A stretch of 33,559 bases of DNA from Octopus sinensis. Lineage: Eukaryota. A program made the translations under genes and the position numbers. Under the pieces are notes generated by a model. The model was given only the letters and a program-made list of their open reading frames with translations. It was not told the origin of the DNA and searched no databases. The stretch is from contig NW_021836900.1 of assembly GCF_006345805.1 (NCBI RefSeq), forward strand, positions 1 to 33,559, given 5' to 3'. Shown here piece by piece: positions 33,319 through 33,559 of the stretch. Positions within the stretch are counted from its first letter, which is position 1, and the number at the start of each line of letters is the position of its first letter.

Positions 33319-33559
33319 TCTTCTTCTTCTTCTTCTTCTTTCTTCTTCTTCTTCTTCTTTCTTCTTCTTCTTCTTTCTTCTTTTCTCTTTCTCTCTTCTT
33401 CTTTTCTTCTTCTTCTTCCTTCTTCTTCTTCTTCTTCTTCTTCTCCTTCTTCTTCTTCTCCTTCTCCTCCTCCTTCCCCTTCTCCTCCTCCTTCTTCCTC
33501 CTCCTCCTTCTTCTTCTGCCCTCCTTCTTCCATCCTCCTCCTTCCTCCTCCTCCATCCT
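33319..33559. repeat. (TTC)n/(TCC)n polypyrimidine tract
   Basis: Directly visible; source of the poly-E/K/R ORFs. Confidence 0.95.

Noticed and set aside
1222-33556. ORFs rich in YI, YVCM, HT, LS or E/K/R runs, including 19093-19740 and 33305-33556
   Set aside because: They are translations of microsatellites or antisense repeat sequence, not genes.

Overview
AT-rich, microsatellite-dense eukaryotic non-coding DNA, intronic or intergenic. The SINE/LINE complement and the (TA)n/(TACA)n load resemble an octopus or other cephalopod genome; this is an inference, not a database match. No intact gene is evident, and almost all listed ORFs are microsatellite or repeat artefacts. The window is a mosaic of: at least three modular tRNA-derived SINE families; three CR1-group LINE 3' fragments and one R4/Dong-like LINE fragment; Penelope-like (PLE) remnants including a decayed GIY-YIG endonuclease; three ~380-400 bp non-autonomous Helitron-like elements; TTAA/CCC-ended MITE-like pieces; and a 34-bp minisatellite derived from a SINE. 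The most notable feature is a set of type I hammerhead-ribozyme motifs. One lies in the 3' part of an element (26011-26512) that combines a tRNA-derived Pol III head, a triplet-repeat linker, a Penelope-type minimal hammerhead tail and an inverted copy of that tail, making it a candidate Penelope-mobilised, ribozyme-bearing SINE. One weak candidate host exon lies at 32983-33060 (-). Boundaries of degenerate repeats are approximate.
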